A model generated the notes under the pieces. That model was not told the origin of the DNA and did no database searches. It was given only the letters and a program-made list of their open reading frames with translations. A program made the translations under genes and the position numbers. A stretch of 64,000 bases of DNA from Amia ocellicauda (lineage: Eukaryota), in assembly GCF_036373705.1 (NCBI RefSeq), contig NC_089863.1, positions 18,851,406 through 18,915,405 of the forward strand, written 5' to 3'. Shown here in pieces: positions 22,958 to 38,234 of the stretch. The stretch's first letter is position 1, and every line of letters begins with the position of its first letter.

Positions 22958-23142
22958 CTGCAGAGAGAGAGAGAGTTAGGCAGGATAGACACTGGCTGAC
23001 TGGACACTGCAGTACACTGATACTGCACTGAGACGGAAAGAGTGACAGAGGTGGGCAGGGGGAGAGTGTGGAAGTGTGCGTCTCAGAGTGTGTGTCATTG
23101 TGTGTAACAGCGATGTGCGTCTCAGTGTGTGTGTGTCTTTAC

Positions 23143-23312
23143 CTGCAGGGCAGTGAGGCAGTGAGACACTAGGCCCTGCAGCCTGTAGTATCGCGCCTCG
23201 CTCAGGATCTCCTCCAGCTCTCGGGGGCAGTCGGGAAGTGGCACCGCTCCGTCCCGCAGAAAGTTCAGAACCGAGCCGAAGTGCCGTCCGCTGCGGTCCA
23301 ACACCAGCCACC
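23143..23312 (-). CDS. kctd13: kctd13 exon 2 (BTB domain, second half)
   Basis: GWLVLDRSGRHFGSVLNFLRDGAVPLPDCPRELEEILSEARYYRLQGLVSHCLTALQ. The DRSGRHFG motif is KCTD13-type (KCTD10/TNFAIP1 have DRCGKHFG). Confidence 0.9.
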
Positions 23313-23409
23313 CTGAGAGGAAGAGAGAGGGGGACACGAGTCAGTCAGTCAGTCAGTCAGTCAGTCGGGGCGTCTCCGTACTCCTCAGCATTTCTCCTCC
23401 GCCTCTCAC

Positions 23410-23653
23410 CCTCCGAGTCGATGGTGACCTCGGTGTGTCCAGTGCACATGCTCCTCAGCAGGCTGTCGCTCTTGCTCAGGGTCTGGACGGTGGTGTAGTG
23501 CAGAGAGCCCCCCACGTTCAGCTTCACGTACTTGCTGCCCGCCAGGCCCGTCCCCTTCTCCTCCCGGCCCGGCCCGGCTGACGCCGGAAGCAGGTCTGAC
23601 GCCAACGCCGCCCCCCCGCCCTGGCCCGGGCAGCAGGAAGCCTCGGCCGACAT
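23410..23653 (-). CDS. kctd13: kctd13 exon 1 (start codon; BTB domain, first half)
   Basis: ATG 23653-23651: MSAEAS...GSKYVKLNVGGSLHYTTVQTLSKSDSLLRSMCTGHTEVTIDSE(g). Both the MSAEAS start and GGSLHYTT are KCTD13-specific. Confidence 0.9.
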
Positions 23654-24033
23654 CAGGGCGCAAGGCTCAAATAGGCTGGAGGGGAAACAAGGGGGCACAT
23701 CGATTGTGGTTCCTGCTTGGAATTAGATTTGAAACTATATAGCTCAAACATTATTTCATATACAGTTTATTTTTCTGCCAACCTAATTTGACACCTTTGT
23801 CCCCCCTCTCTCTCTGTGTGTAGGTGCCTGTATCATTCTGCTGTCCCCCCCACCCCCTATTTTTTTTACAAAACCAAGGCCCCTGCAGTCCAGTCCAATC
23901 CAGTGTCTCTATAGCAGGCCAGGCCAGGCAGTGACTCTGTAGTATACAGTTTGCAATACAGTCACCTCTAAATTCTGTCTCTGTGTTCATTAAACACACC
24001 ACACGAGACACAAACAGAGGACCCGTCAGTAAC

Positions 24034-24092
<59 letters not shown>

Positions 24093-24775
24093 CACAGTAA
24101 GAGAATCAATCGGAGAGGAAGGCGGGGTTGATGAGGAAGACCGCTCATGTTCAGCCGGTCCTTATTTCCTTATTCATTATCTCCTTATTACTCCCGACAG
24201 GCCACTCACAGGGTGCACACAACAGCAGGGCTGTACTCACCACGCCGACGCAGCTGGAGCTATCAATGGATCTGGCGAATTAAATATGGATAGTTAAAGT
24301 GCCACATAAATAAATAAAAAATCGAATTGTTTCTAATTTCTAGAAAATACTTCACAAAATCATCGCTCGCTCTCTTTCCCTTTCACTCCCGTTCTTTTAT
24401 TCTCGCTCTATTTCTTTCTCTCTATCTCTCCCCTGTCTACCATAAAGCTGCCATAATAATAATGGCGTTTCCTCATATCTTAGGGAAACGGCCGCTGTTT
24501 GCGGCCCCGGGTTGGCTGAACTTCACGTCAATCAGCGACACACTCCTCACGCTCATGCGTCTCATTGGCCGGAGGGCTGTCGCGTCAACTGCATCCCTGT
24601 GCTGTGATTGGTCAGTGTGCCGGAGTGTCGTCCCCACAGGGCTACGTCACCCTGAGCAAAGTGGACGGAGAGCTTGCAAGGGGCCGCCTACCGCCGGATT
24701 GGTCGTTACGTCATAAGTGAGGTGCTGTATCTACCGCAATATATACAATATCTCAACATCAAAACACATATCGGT

Positions 24776-25322
24776 CAGCAGTGTTAGTGCTGTAGTGTCC
24801 AGTCAGTCAGTGTTAATGGTCTGTAGTGTCCAGTCAGTCAGTGTTAATGTGCTGCAGTGTCCAGTCAGTCAGTGTTAATGTACTGTAGTGTCCAGTCAGT
24901 CAGTGTTAATGTACTGTAGTGTCCAGTCAGTCAGTCAGTCAGTGTTAATCTACTGTAGTGTCCAGTCAGTCAGTGTTAATGTACTGTAGTGTCCAGTCAG
25001 TCAGTCAGTCAGTGTTAATGTACTGTAGTGTCCAGTCAGTCAGTGTTAATGTGCTGTAGTGTCCAGTCAGTCAGTGTTAATGTGCTGTAGTGTGCAGTCA
25101 GTCAGTGTTAATGGTCTGTAGTGTCCAGTCAGTCAGTGTTAATGTGCTGTAGTGTCCAGTAAGTCAGTGTTAATGTACTGTAGTGTCCAGTCAGTCAGTG
25201 TTAATGTGCTGTAGTGTCCAGTCAGTCAGTCAGTGTTAATGCGCTGTATTGTCCAGTCACTCAGTCAGACAGTCAGTGTTAATGGTCTGTAGTGTCCAGT
25301 CAGTCAGTGTTAATGTGCTGTA
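24776..25322. repeat. Satellite, about 18 copies of an about 31-bp unit tgtccagtcagtcagtgttaatgtactgtag
   Basis: Direct tandem repeats, with an (ACTG)n core. Confidence 0.9.
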
Positions 25323-26666
25323 CAATAGTTGTCCAGCCATTCAACCAGTTTGAATGCACTTTCTTGATTAAGATCAGGATGAAACAGAACTCAATGGAGA
25401 TAATAATACTTTTTAATTTTTTTCTTTATTCTGCAAACAAATAAAACCATTTTAATAAATAAATGAACATACAAATAAATAAATTGCTTGATAAATAATT
25501 ACATTAATAGTAACAAATCATTGTTATTCTGTATCTTAGCAAGCAGCTTCATTTTACACTTTCATCGTATCAATAGTGCATTTACAACAACAACATTAGC
25601 AATAATAATAAATAAATATATAAATAAATAATAATGATTGAGCAGAAGCAATAAAAATTACAATCATCACGTGCTTTTCTGTGGATGGAGGGATGTGTCT
25701 ATATCATTCTGCTCTATTGCCCCTCTCCTCCTCTCTCTCTCTCTCTCTCTCTCTCACTCACAGTGTGCTGTCCCCAATTGTGAGTTTATAATGGAGGGAT
25801 CCCCCATTCTCACTCTCTCTCTCTCCTCTCCCTCCCTCTATCTCTTCTCCCCCCTCCCTAACTCTGTCCTTCTCTCTTTTCCCTCCCCCTCTCTCCTCTG
25901 CCTCCGTTTCTCTCTCCCTCTCTCTCTTACTATCCTAGTGTGTGTATGTGTGTTATCACTTATCACAACCACACACAGTAAGACAGACGACAGAGACAGA
26001 GAGAGAGAGAGAGAGAGAGAGGGGTTAATACAGTACAGAAGCACTGACTGACTGGACACCGCAGCACACCGAGAGAGGAGATAGCATGGGGCAATAGCAC
26101 AGCATGACACGAACGACATTGATATTAATAAAGAAACTACAAAAGGCCAGGATACAGTGGGGCCAAGTGGATGGGGCGATGGCGACTACGTTACTTATGG
26201 AAACCATCCGGAAGGGAAACAGGAAGTGAGGGTGTCACATTACAGGGCGGTGTATTTGGCACTGAAGTGATGGCTGATGGGTACAGCAATACTGATAGAA
26301 GCCTCGGTAGGCAATCAAAATATTTACATTCAATGAATTGAGTGTCTATCTGTCTGTCTCTTCCTATGGGTCTGACTGTCTGTCTATCTGTCGCTCCCTC
26401 TGCCCCTCTCTCTGTCCCACTCTCTCCATCCCTCCCCTCTGTCTACCTCTCTTCCTTTTCTTCTCTCCCTCTCCTCGCTCACCACCCCTCTCCTTCTCTC
26501 TCTTCCCCCTCTCCCTGTCTCTCTCTCTAAGGCACCACTATCCTGAAGACGGACATCTGAACACAGCACTATAGTCTACACACTGACTGACTGACTGATA
26601 GACACACTGACACACCCAGAGACACACAGTGACCCAGACAGACACACAGACACGGGAGCGACAGAG

Positions 26667-26701
<35 letters not shown>

Positions 26702-26943
26702 GAGACTCAGAGAGACAGTGAGACAGACACAGAGTGAGAGACACGCAGACAGACACACAGAAAGAAAGACAAGCCAAACAGAGACTGACAGACACAGGTG
26801 TGGAGAGAGAGAAAGAGAGAGAGGGATGGGTTAATGGAGCGATGGAGGGTGGAAAGTAGTTGTCAAGAAAGGAGAAAGAAGGCATTCCCTTTCTCTCTCT
26901 CTCTCTCTCTCTCTCACTCTCAGCTCCTTTCTCTCAGATTGAG

Positions 26944-26973
26944 ACTTCGTACTCCCGTGTGTCCTGGGGAAGA
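26944..26973 (-). CDS. sez6l2: sez6l2 exon 17 (30-nt terminal exon)
   Basis: DTREYEVSI* is the conserved SEZ6-family C-terminus; ttccccag acceptor and TGA at 26946-26944. Confidence 0.8.
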
Positions 26974-27074
26974 CAGATAGAAGACAACCGACAATTAGAG
27001 AGAGAGAGAGAAAGAGAGAGACAGAGAGAAAATGAGTGAGGGAGGAGAGAGACAAAATGTTGAACAGACAATTA

Positions 27075-27545
<471 letters not shown>

Positions 27546-27548
27546 TTA

Positions 27549-27719
<171 letters not shown>

Positions 27720-27966
27720 TCATCCAATCAGGGTGCAGCATGAAGGGCTCAAACTCAGGTTGGGACACTACAGTGATAATAATAGTAATAATAATAATAA
27801 TAATAATAATGATGATGAAAAGGGACAGATTAGTACCCACCTTCTAACTTGTGGTCATCTAAGAGCTCTTCATAAGCTACTGTGAAAGAGTGATAGAGAG
27901 AGTGAGAGGGGGAGAGAGAAAGAGAGAGAGAGAGAGGGGGGGGTTAATATAGTAAAGTAGAGGTTA

Positions 27967-28317
<351 letters not shown>

Positions 28318-28589
28318 TTATTACAGACAGAGGGGTCCCTGCAGAGATAAACAGAGAGAAAGAGAGAGAGAGTCAGAGAGATAAGATGGAGAGACCACGA
28401 CAGATCATATTTACACCCTACAAACCCTAATAGACAAACGTGCACAGCCAGAAAAGCTAAATCGTTGCCCATTTAATTGACATTAAAAAGGCATTTGATT
28501 CAGTTGGCATGAGGGTTTATATGATACAATTCTTCAAAGTGGTGTAGAAACAAAGATGCAGTAAAAAATGTGGCAACAAACAAACGACT

Positions 28590-29510
28590 GAAACGAGTTT
28601 TTCAGTCAGGGGTGTGGAGTGAAACACTGACTGTGTTTACATGCAGCTTAATATTCCATTAATAATCCGAATAAAGTCCATTCTGAATATAATTCCCTCA
28701 TATCAACACCTCATTCGGAATAGAATAACCCAAACGTAGACATTCTGACTGACATTTCATTCTGAATAAAGGACCTGGTATATACCTTTGATAAACCGTT
28801 CAATAGAAGAATATTAGCCATACAAATGCTTGTTCGCATTACATTATGAATTGCAATGAGTTAATGTTCAGTGCGCATGCTCCACTTGGTCTGCTCATTC
28901 GAAAACATGGTGGCGGCAGCGAACAGACAGAACTGGGCTAATGAAGAGACAATGTATTTAATAGAAATACTAAAGGACTTTTTCATTTTAAAGCGGCTTG
29001 ATAGGTGAAAAGTTCTTAACAACGAACTTCATGTCAGCGCTGTCTGAATAGTAGGATGAGAGCTTGCAATTGCTGCGTCTGTCTTAATCGCAAGGCTATA
29101 TGATTGATATGTAAACAGGTATCCACAATAAACCTCATGAATGTGCGATCATGTAAATAGCTGAATGAATGAACTGATTCCGAATGACCAAATATTGTGC
29201 ACGTAAATGTCATCACCTGACCGGGAATGATCTCAAGGAAAATTCCAGAAGAGCTTTCTATGCGGTGAGAAGAAGATGCTATAAAATGTACATTCCTGTC
29301 AAGTCATGGCTAAAACTAACTGACAGCCCATTGCTCTGTGTGGCAGTGAGGTATGGGGTCCACTCAGACTACAGTAAATGGGACAAAAATACCCAATTGA
29401 AAGCCTACATGCTGAACTCATACCAAATCATGCATATGCTCGCAGTACAGCATTGTGAGAGATTGACGGAGGACTTAACAAAAAAATACACTAGAAGAAT
29501 AACCTAGCAC
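28590..29510. mobile_element. Transposon remnant in sez6l2 intron 13: hairpin-like ttcggaata/ttctgaata repeats plus a MADF/Myb-SANT-like ORF fragment (MVAAANRQNWANEETMYLIEILKDFFILKRL, about 28895-28990, +)
   Basis: The W..EET..LIE motif is typical of MADF domains co-opted from PIF/Harbinger elements. An unrelated 107-aa ORF at 29184-29507 was also noted. No terminal inverted repeats were resolved. Confidence 0.3.
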
Positions 29511-30054
29511 ACCAAAGTAACAAAAGAAGTCAAAATGACCGGCATGGACCCCCAATCTGTCAATGCATTTATAGTCAGGCAACAGCCCCCTCCTATCAGA
29601 CCACTGCCACACAGTCCTGTACCTGAAAACCAAATTCAAACAAAACCATTCGAATCCGACCCCCCCCCCATGTCCAAATTGTATTATCACCTCAAACCCG
29701 CCTGTGAATGGACACAGAGAGAGCAGTGCTGAGGAGAACGGACTCACAGAAATGTCAGCACAGAAATAGAACGTCTGCTAATCAGCTTTCTAATTAAAAC
29801 ATAAATCAGACACAAATTCAATCAATTCGATCCATACAATAAATGAACTTAATATTCGCAGCAGCAGCGACAAAATCAAATCGTAAACAATCTATAAAAG
29901 AAAACAACTGAGACACAGAACGCAAAACAGCACAAAAGGAACTAAGAAAACTATCAAACCGGAAGCACCAAGAGCCTCCAAACAATTGACTCCAATAGGG
30001 GAATCCATAGAATAAAATTCCTTTTGGGAAAGATGGAACCAGCAAATTTGATTT

Positions 30055-30087
<33 letters not shown>

Positions 30088-30104
30088 CTCACTGCACAGT
30101 CTCA

Positions 30105-30371
<267 letters not shown>

Positions 30372-30379
30372 TCAGTTTA

Positions 30380-30754
<375 letters not shown>

Positions 30755-31117
30755 TTACAGTACAGTGATGTGTGCTGCTGTCAATAGAATATATATTTTT
30801 GCACTTTGTATTGCTCTTATGGCTAAGGGCATCTGCCAATAAATAAAAAATAATAATAATAATATATATGCTGTGGGGACTATAGTATAGTATATTTCAA
30901 TATAGGGCCCAGACTGGAGCCAGTGCTGTGTGTAAGGTAGTTGTGTTGTGTAATTCCTGTGCTGTTGTGTTGTCTGTGTGCTGTGTTGTTCAGTGTTGTG
31001 TTTCCCAGTGTTGTTTATTGCTGTATTATGCCATTCCCATGTTGTGTGTATGTAGGTCCTGTGCAGTGTACTGTAGTACAGTGTAGTGTAGTGCAATGCG
31101 GTGTAGATTGGTGTTAC

Positions 31118-31314
31118 CACGGTAGTGGATGAGGAAGCCCTGGCTCAGGATGAAAGAGGAGTCGTCGGGGTCGCTCTGGAACTGGATGGTGACCTCTGAC
31201 CCCCCGGAGTAGACCCGGAAGCGCTCCCGCGACCCCAGGTACTGGCCAATCACATGCGAGGTGAGGTCATGGCCATCGAACAGGGTGAGGATGTCACTGC
31301 GACGGATATTAAGA
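31118..31314 (-). CDS. sez6l2: sez6l2 exon 11 (CUB 3, C-terminal half)
   Basis: ILNIRRSDILTLFDGHDLTSHVIGQYLGSRERFRVYSGGSEVTIQFQSDPDDSSFILSQGFLIHYR(g). Confidence 0.85.
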
Positions 31315-31684
31315 CTGAGAGAGAATGAGAGAGAGAGAGAGAGAAATTAAGAGAGTTAGAGTGATGGGAGAAGGGACAGAGAGACACACACAACATAGAG
31401 AGAGACACAGACACATACAGACATACATATCCACATCCACACACACAGAGACACACACAAATGCAAACACAAAGACAGAGACACAGAGAGACAAACACAC
31501 AGACTCACAAATACACAGAAGAACAGATACAGAGACACACGTACACATACCACTCACATACACACAAATACACAATAACTCACAGATAGACACAAACACA
31601 CAGATAAGCACACACACATACATTTCGAAACACACCACTCAACATATACAGAGATGTAGACACACACAGATAGACACTCTCTTA

Positions 31685-31900
<216 letters not shown>

Positions 31901-31967
31901 TTATCAATGTTAATATACTATATTTTCCCTGCCCGTCTCTCTCTCCCTCCCTTTCTCTCTCTCTCAC

Positions 31968-32162
31968 CCCGGCAGACTGGCTCGCTCTCGTTCCAGTGGG
32001 GGTCGCTGGGGTCGACGCACTCGATGACCCCTGACCCCTGCTCCATCAGGAAGCCGGGCGAGCAGGAGAAGGCCACGCGCGTGCCCAGCTGGTAGGACAG
32101 GTCCGACGAACTGAAGTTCCCATGGAGGAGGAAGGGCTCGTAGCAGTGCTCCCCATCAAACG
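31968..32162 (-). CDS. sez6l2: sez6l2 exon 9 (Sushi 2)
   Basis: AFDGEHCYEPFLLHGNFSSSDLSYQLGTRVAFSCSPGFLMEQGSGVIECVDPSDPHWNESEPVCR(g). Confidence 0.85.
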
Positions 32163-32280
32163 CTAGAGAGAGAGATTTTACGTTATGTAAAATCACAAAA
32201 ATAGCCACTGCAGGACATTGACACTGCAGGACACTGGCTGTTCCCCGTCTCTTCTCCCTCTCCTTCTCTCTCTCTCTCAC

Positions 32281-32444
32281 CCTCGTATCGCAGTGCCAGC
32301 AGCAGGGGGATGGGGGAGGAGTCAGACTGCAGCTCCAGGTACAGGGCCGGCCCCTCGCTCATGATGCCGCGCTCCGGGATGTCGTCAAGGTCTGAGTCAA
32401 ACTGCAGGGGAGCCTGGGAGCTGTTGCCACTGCGCACTATCAAC
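32281..32444 (-). CDS. sez6l2: sez6l2 exon 8 (CUB 2, C-terminal half)
   Basis: RLIVRSGNSSQAPLQFDSDLDDIPERGIMSEGPALYLELQSDSSPIPLLLALRYE(g). Confidence 0.85.
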
Positions 32445-32574
32445 CTGAGGGGGAGAGGGAGGAAGAAGGAGGGAGGAGAGGGGAGGTGGGAGAGGTGAGG
32501 ATAAGGAAGGGAGGAGAGGGAGAGAGAGAGACTTCAGATAGTCAGTCAGTCAGCCAAAAGCAGTGTATCAGTCA

Positions 32575-32862
<288 letters not shown>

Positions 32863-33214
32863 TTAACACAGTAAGACAGTTCCTGAATGACTGGACACTG
32901 CAGTGAGAGAGAGAGAGAGAGAAGACAGGGCGAGAGAGAGAGGGACAGAGGGAGAGAGAAAGCTTGTGAGGGCCTCTGCTTTGGGTTGCCAGGTAGGTTC
33001 CAAAAATCCTACCCAAGCGTTCACTTCACTAAACAACACTGCCACCGGGACCTGGTGGCAATTCCGCAGTTGCCCACATAGGCAACACAACATAGTGCAG
33101 TGACGTGGATAATCCACAAGGGGGCGTGTGGACCTTGATATGGCAACCCTCATACCCTACACCCCTTGCGGTGCCACAACACACAGACACACATATATAT
33201 AAATGAGGTTTTCA

Positions 33215-33248
<34 letters not shown>

Positions 33249-33282
33249 CTTTTTATGCTTCTTCATACCTGGATCCATATAT

Positions 33283-33545
33283 AAATATACACCGATCAGC
33301 CATAACATTATGACCACCTGCCTAATATTGTGTAGGTCCCCCTTTTGCCGCCAAAACAGCCCTGACCCGTCGAGGCATGGACTCCACTAGACCTCTGAAG
33401 GTGTACTGTCGTCTAGCCATCACAATTTGGCCCTTGTCAAAGTCGCTCAGATCCTTACGCTGCCCATTTTTCCTGCTTCTAACACATCAACTTTGAGGAC
33501 AAAATGTTCACTTGCTGCCTAATATATCCCACACGGGTAAATGTT
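33283..33545 (-). mobile_element. Miniature, internally deleted and rearranged copy of the Tc1-like element found at 38235-39073
   Basis: ccgatcagccataacattatgaccacctgcctaatattgtgtaggtccccc... aligns to the right arm (38950-39073) and to the reverse complement of 38290-38420 of the larger copy. Confidence 0.6.
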
Positions 33546-33965
33546 GTCATTTCGAACAAAAAACTTTCTTCTGTTTGAACCCGTCTCCTCGCACTCAGTG
33601 GACTCCAAGACAGGGATACGCCGATCACAGAGCATTCAAGAGACTGAGACGGATATTGGTCTATGGCAATTGGGATTGATTGCGCCTATACATTATGCAT
33701 GGAGGAAATGGGTTTTATAATAAAGATAAATGACTCTATATATACATGAAACTAATCTAACGGGCGATGTATTTAAGGGCTGTGGCTCAACCTTTTGAGG
33801 AACTTTACAGACAGCCACAAGGTAGAGAAAGAGAGAGAGGGACAAAGAGAGAGAGTGAGAGAGGTAGAGAGGGAAACAGAGGTAGGTAGAGATAGACAGA
33901 GAGAGAGAGAGAGACAGAGAAAGAGAGAGAGAGAGGCAGAGGTGGGGCACAAGGCTGATACTGAC

Positions 33966-34151
33966 CCACACACTGGGGTTCCCCGGCGCTCCAGTGAGGT
34001 CGTGTGGCATTCAGGCAAGTCACAACCTCGTGCCCTCTGACCTCAAAGCCGGGGTCGCAGTGGAAGTGGGCGGAGCCTCCGGGGTGCAGGTCAGTGACGG
34101 ACACGCCCCCTCCAGACGGAGAGTGAGGGAAGGAGCAGGAGAGGAGGAATG
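33966..34151 (-). CDS. sez6l2: sez6l2 exon 6 (Sushi 1)
   Basis: AFLLSCSFPHSPSGGGVSVTDLHPGGSAHFHCDPGFEVRGHEVVTCLNATRPHWSAGEPQCV(g). Confidence 0.85.
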
Positions 34152-34390
34152 CTGAAGGGAGAGAGAGAGAGTAATATAGACACACTGACTGATTCATTTA
34201 CTGGAAAACACTGGTAATTCAGTTAAGTCAATCAGAAAGTCGGTCAGTCAGTCAGTGTATCAGTCAATCAGTTAGTCAGTGTGTCAGTCAGTCAGTCAGT
34301 GTGTCAGCAAAGAAGAGCAGAGCCACTATCTGATTGGACACTCTGACCTTCCGTGAGAGAACCTCCCTGCCCCCTGATTGGTGGGTGTAC

Positions 34391-34583
34391 CTTGGTAGTG
34401 AAGGCTGAACACTCCAGGGTTCGTTGGCTGGAAACTCTGGTAGTGGATGAGCACCTGATTGGTGGAGCTGCGGATCACCTGACCCTCACTCATCAGAGTC
34501 TCATTGGCCAGGAGCTCCTGCCCCACCCCTCCCAGCCCCAGGATGGTCAGCGATTCGTCCTTGGATAAATTCAGCTTTCTTAC
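34391..34583 (-). CDS. sez6l2: sez6l2 exon 5 (CUB 1, C-terminal half)
   Basis: VRKLNLSKDESLTILGLGGVGQELLANETLMSEGQVIRSSTNQVLIHYQSFQPTNPGVFSLHYQ(g). Confidence 0.85.
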
Positions 34584-34585
34584 CT

Positions 34586-34625
<40 letters not shown>

Positions 34626-34657
34626 TTCTGTACTCAAATGTGCGTCCATTGCACTCA

Positions 34658-34942
<285 letters not shown>

Positions 34943-34972
34943 CTACAGAACATCTAAAGGACAGCTGTATAC

Positions 34973-35227
34973 CTGGAGTGTGCACTGTAGTTACAGTCGT
35001 GGTGGTGATGAGCGTCGTTGTGGTCTCCTCCTCCTGGGGTGATGAGGTGGTGGGCACCGAGGTCACCGCTGCCAGGGGTGCGGAGCTGGCCCTGCTCCCC
35101 GACTGGCCAGCTCTGGGGGCAGTGGCCGACGACGTCACGGCGGTGGTCAGCACTCTGGGCGACATCATGGTGGAGCTGGGCTCTGATTGGTGGGGAGGAA
35201 CTGCTTGAGTGGGATTGGTCACCGTCC
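34973..35227 (-). CDS. sez6l2: sez6l2 exon 3 (Ser/Thr-rich, mucin-like stalk)
   Basis: GTVTNPTQAVPPHQSEPSSTMMSPRVLTTAVTSSATAPRAGQSGSRASSAPLAAVTSVPTTSSPQEEETTTTLITTTTVTTVHTP(g). Confidence 0.8.
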
Positions 35228-35469
35228 CTGTGTGGAGGAGGGATTTACATATAAATACACACACATTCTCCCTCTCTCTCTCATACACACACTCACAATC
35301 TCAATTAAAAAAAGCTTTATTGGCATGACTAATTTCCATCAGTGTTGACTAACTGACATCTCTCTTACACACACGCACCCACTCTCTCTCTCTCTCACAC
35401 ACACACATTCTCATCACACTCTTTCTCTCGCTCTTCTTCTCTCTCTCTAGCAGCTCCGGCAGAGCTCAC

Positions 35470-35649
35470 CAGCGAAGACGGGTCTCTGCCTCAGATACTC
35501 TTTGCTCAGCAGAGCGGCGTGAATGAGCTGACTGAGGGGCGTCCCGGGTGCTGCTGGGATAGTGCTGGAGGGCTGGGAGGACTGAGGCGGCGGGGCAAAG
35601 GTAGTGTAGAAGTCATCGCCTTTGACCTCGTGAGGGGCAAAGGTCAGAG
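35470..35649 (-). CDS. sez6l2: sez6l2 exon 2
   Basis: ALTFAPHEVKGDDFYTTFAPPPQSSQPSSTIPAAPGTPLSQLIHAALLSKEYLRQRPVFA(g); cccag acceptor and g|GTGAGC donor. Confidence 0.8.
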
Positions 35650-35812
35650 CTGGGTGAGAGAGAGAGAGAGAGAGGGGGAGGGGGGGTTGATACAATACAG
35701 ACACACTGACTGGAAAGAACGAATACACTGTACCCACACTACACACTCTACTACACAAAGTGTACCCACACTGTACCCACTCTCTCAGTGGGCAGCAGTG
35801 GGCGGGGCTCAC

Positions 35813-35870
35813 CTGTGCCACAGTGAGTGAAGGCCAGCGCCACTGTGAGGAGCTGCAGTCCAGCGGCCAT
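35813..35870 (-). CDS. sez6l2: sez6l2 exon 1 (start codon and signal peptide)
   Basis: ATG 35870-35868: MAAGLQLLTVALAFTHCGT(g); g|GTGAGC donor. The SEZ6 paralogue assignment rests on adjacency to asphd1, kctd13 and hirip3. Confidence 0.75.
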
Positions 35871-36249
35871 AGTGACCCAGCTGAGCGACGCTGAAATGAC
35901 ACCCCACACTAATCACAGGAGCAACAACAACAAATTAAGAATAACCACAACATTACTCATAGTAAATACACGACTACTGGTAGTAATAATAATAAGAAGA
36001 AAAGTAATGAGGATGATTTTTGTCATACAAATATTTTAGTAATAATAATGATGTCTAATTAAGAGTGCTGTTTGTCTTTCCCTCCCTGGATGTGTACCTG
36101 CTCCTCTCTCTCTCCCCATCCCTCTCTCTCTCTCTCTCTCTAGATACCATCACAGCCTTGTCCTCTCTCCCTCTGTTATGTACACAACGTGATGGAGGGA
36201 ATAGAATCGGCCTAGTCACCAGTCAGTGTCTCATTACACACACAATAAA

Positions 36250-36306
<57 letters not shown>

Positions 36307-36955
36307 ACGTTGTTATTATAGCCAGATTGATAGAGAGGTAAACGTATAGGCTATTTTGTAATCCAGGATGTTGCAGAGAGAAGCAATAGCGTCTCTGTCT
36401 CTTTTTCATTCATATTTCACCCTCTCTCATTCCCTCTCTCTCTTTCTCTAGCTCTCTCAATACCTTCTATTCAATACCTTATTTTTAATTTTGCCCGTCA
36501 TTTACCCTGCATCCCTTCATCCATTCCTGCCAAATTTATCTATCTATCTATCTATCCACGCCATGTTGAGGTATATATTTCGGGCCAAATAAATACATAC
36601 ATACATACATACATACATAAAATCACCTTATTGTATGAATTTGCTATTCAAATAAAGAAAAAAAACACCAGTAGTAATAATATTATCAATAATAATTCAA
36701 TAATATTGTTACAAACACGCATGTATATGCATAGGCTATAGATATATACACGCATAAATACAGAAACACAACATATTTACCTGTATATACTGCACTTCTC
36801 CTCTCGTGTACCGCGTTGTCTGTCGGTCGGTCGCCCTGTCTGTCTCTACCCCTCTCTCTCTTTCTCTCTCTCTCTTTCTATCTATCTACCTGCTCGCTTT
36901 CCTTATCAGTCTACGTATGTGTCTGTCTGCGTATCTGTCCGTCTGTTTTTCCTCC

Positions 36956-36986
<31 letters not shown>

Positions 36987-37129
36987 GTAGATCGACGCGC
37001 AAACGTACAGACGCGTTAGATTAAATTATGCATCCCTCTCTCTCTCTCTCTCTCTCTCTCTGTGGGGTGTGTAATGTCTACAGCAAGGGTAAGCGCAGCA
37101 AGGCAAAAACAATAACGTAACTCTCATCA

Positions 37130-37460
37130 CATGTGAATCAGTACGGGTCAGGGTGCGTGTGTGGAGCGCAGTTGGAGCCGCGGCTGGTGTCCCGATGGCC
37201 GGCGGGCTGTGCGGCTGGTGCGGCTGTCAGAGCTCCAGCTTTCTTGCTGCTATCAGTGCATTTCTCTGTCTGCCCGTCTCCGGCTGCACGGTGTTTCTGT
37301 CGCCCTCCGGTGGCGGCCGGGCAGCACTGATCTCCCCGCAGCGCGGCGCCCTGCCACCCACCCCCCCCCTGGTGACAGCGTGGCACTTTGCTCCCCGGAC
37401 CGTGGGTCGGATCTCGATGATGAAGGGGATGATGTGTCGGTGCTTAATTAGATGTGATAT
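37130..37460. promoter_or_regulatory. CpG island in the sez6l2/asphd1 head-to-head intergenic region (candidate shared bidirectional promoter or 5'UTR exon)
   Basis: CpG-dense. ORF 37153-37524 is probably non-coding. The island sits 1.3 kb from the sez6l2 ATG and 3.6 kb from the asphd1 ATG. Confidence 0.35.
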
Positions 37461-38234
37461 CATACAGCTATTCCCTTGCCCACCCCTCCTGCAAGAAAGT
37501 CAGGCTACGGCCCTGAGACTGTGATGGATAATGCGCACACACACACACAGCTTACTGGTCACAGTTATAAGTATAAGTCAGGAAGCCTGGCAGAGTCTTA
37601 AAATGTTGTCAACTTATTCTGTCAACCTGTACATGTAACTAGGGCTGCAGAGTGCGTGCGTGCGTGCCTGTTGCGTAGGTGAATGTGTGCTATGTTGTGT
37701 CACTTTATGTTTCGAGGAGAATGACAGAAGTCTGTGCCTTCCTCTCACGGGGGCGCCAGTGTAAACCAGCCACTTACACGTTGGGTGGCCTGCCTGCGAT
37801 ACACACACATGTACACAGCAACATAAAGCATAAAACATAAATGTAGCACATTCAACAATACTAGTAATGAGACAAAAATAACACATAGTGAATACCAAAA
37901 TCTTGTGCAGACACAGCGTAAAAGCAAAACAGTTGATATATATAGATCACACTGTAGACACACTCTACTCACACTGTACCCAAACCATACACATACTGTA
38001 GTCACACTCTACTCACTCTGTACTCACACTGTACCTACGGTGTATATACACTGTGGTCACACTCTAATACACACATTGCATCCAAACCAAACACACACTG
38101 TACCCACTCTGTACTCACACTGCACCCAAACCATACACACACTGTTCTCAAACTCTACTGACACCATAGTCACATTGTACACACACTGTACTTGCACTGT
38201 ACTCACACTCTACTCCCACTGTACCCATGGTGTA

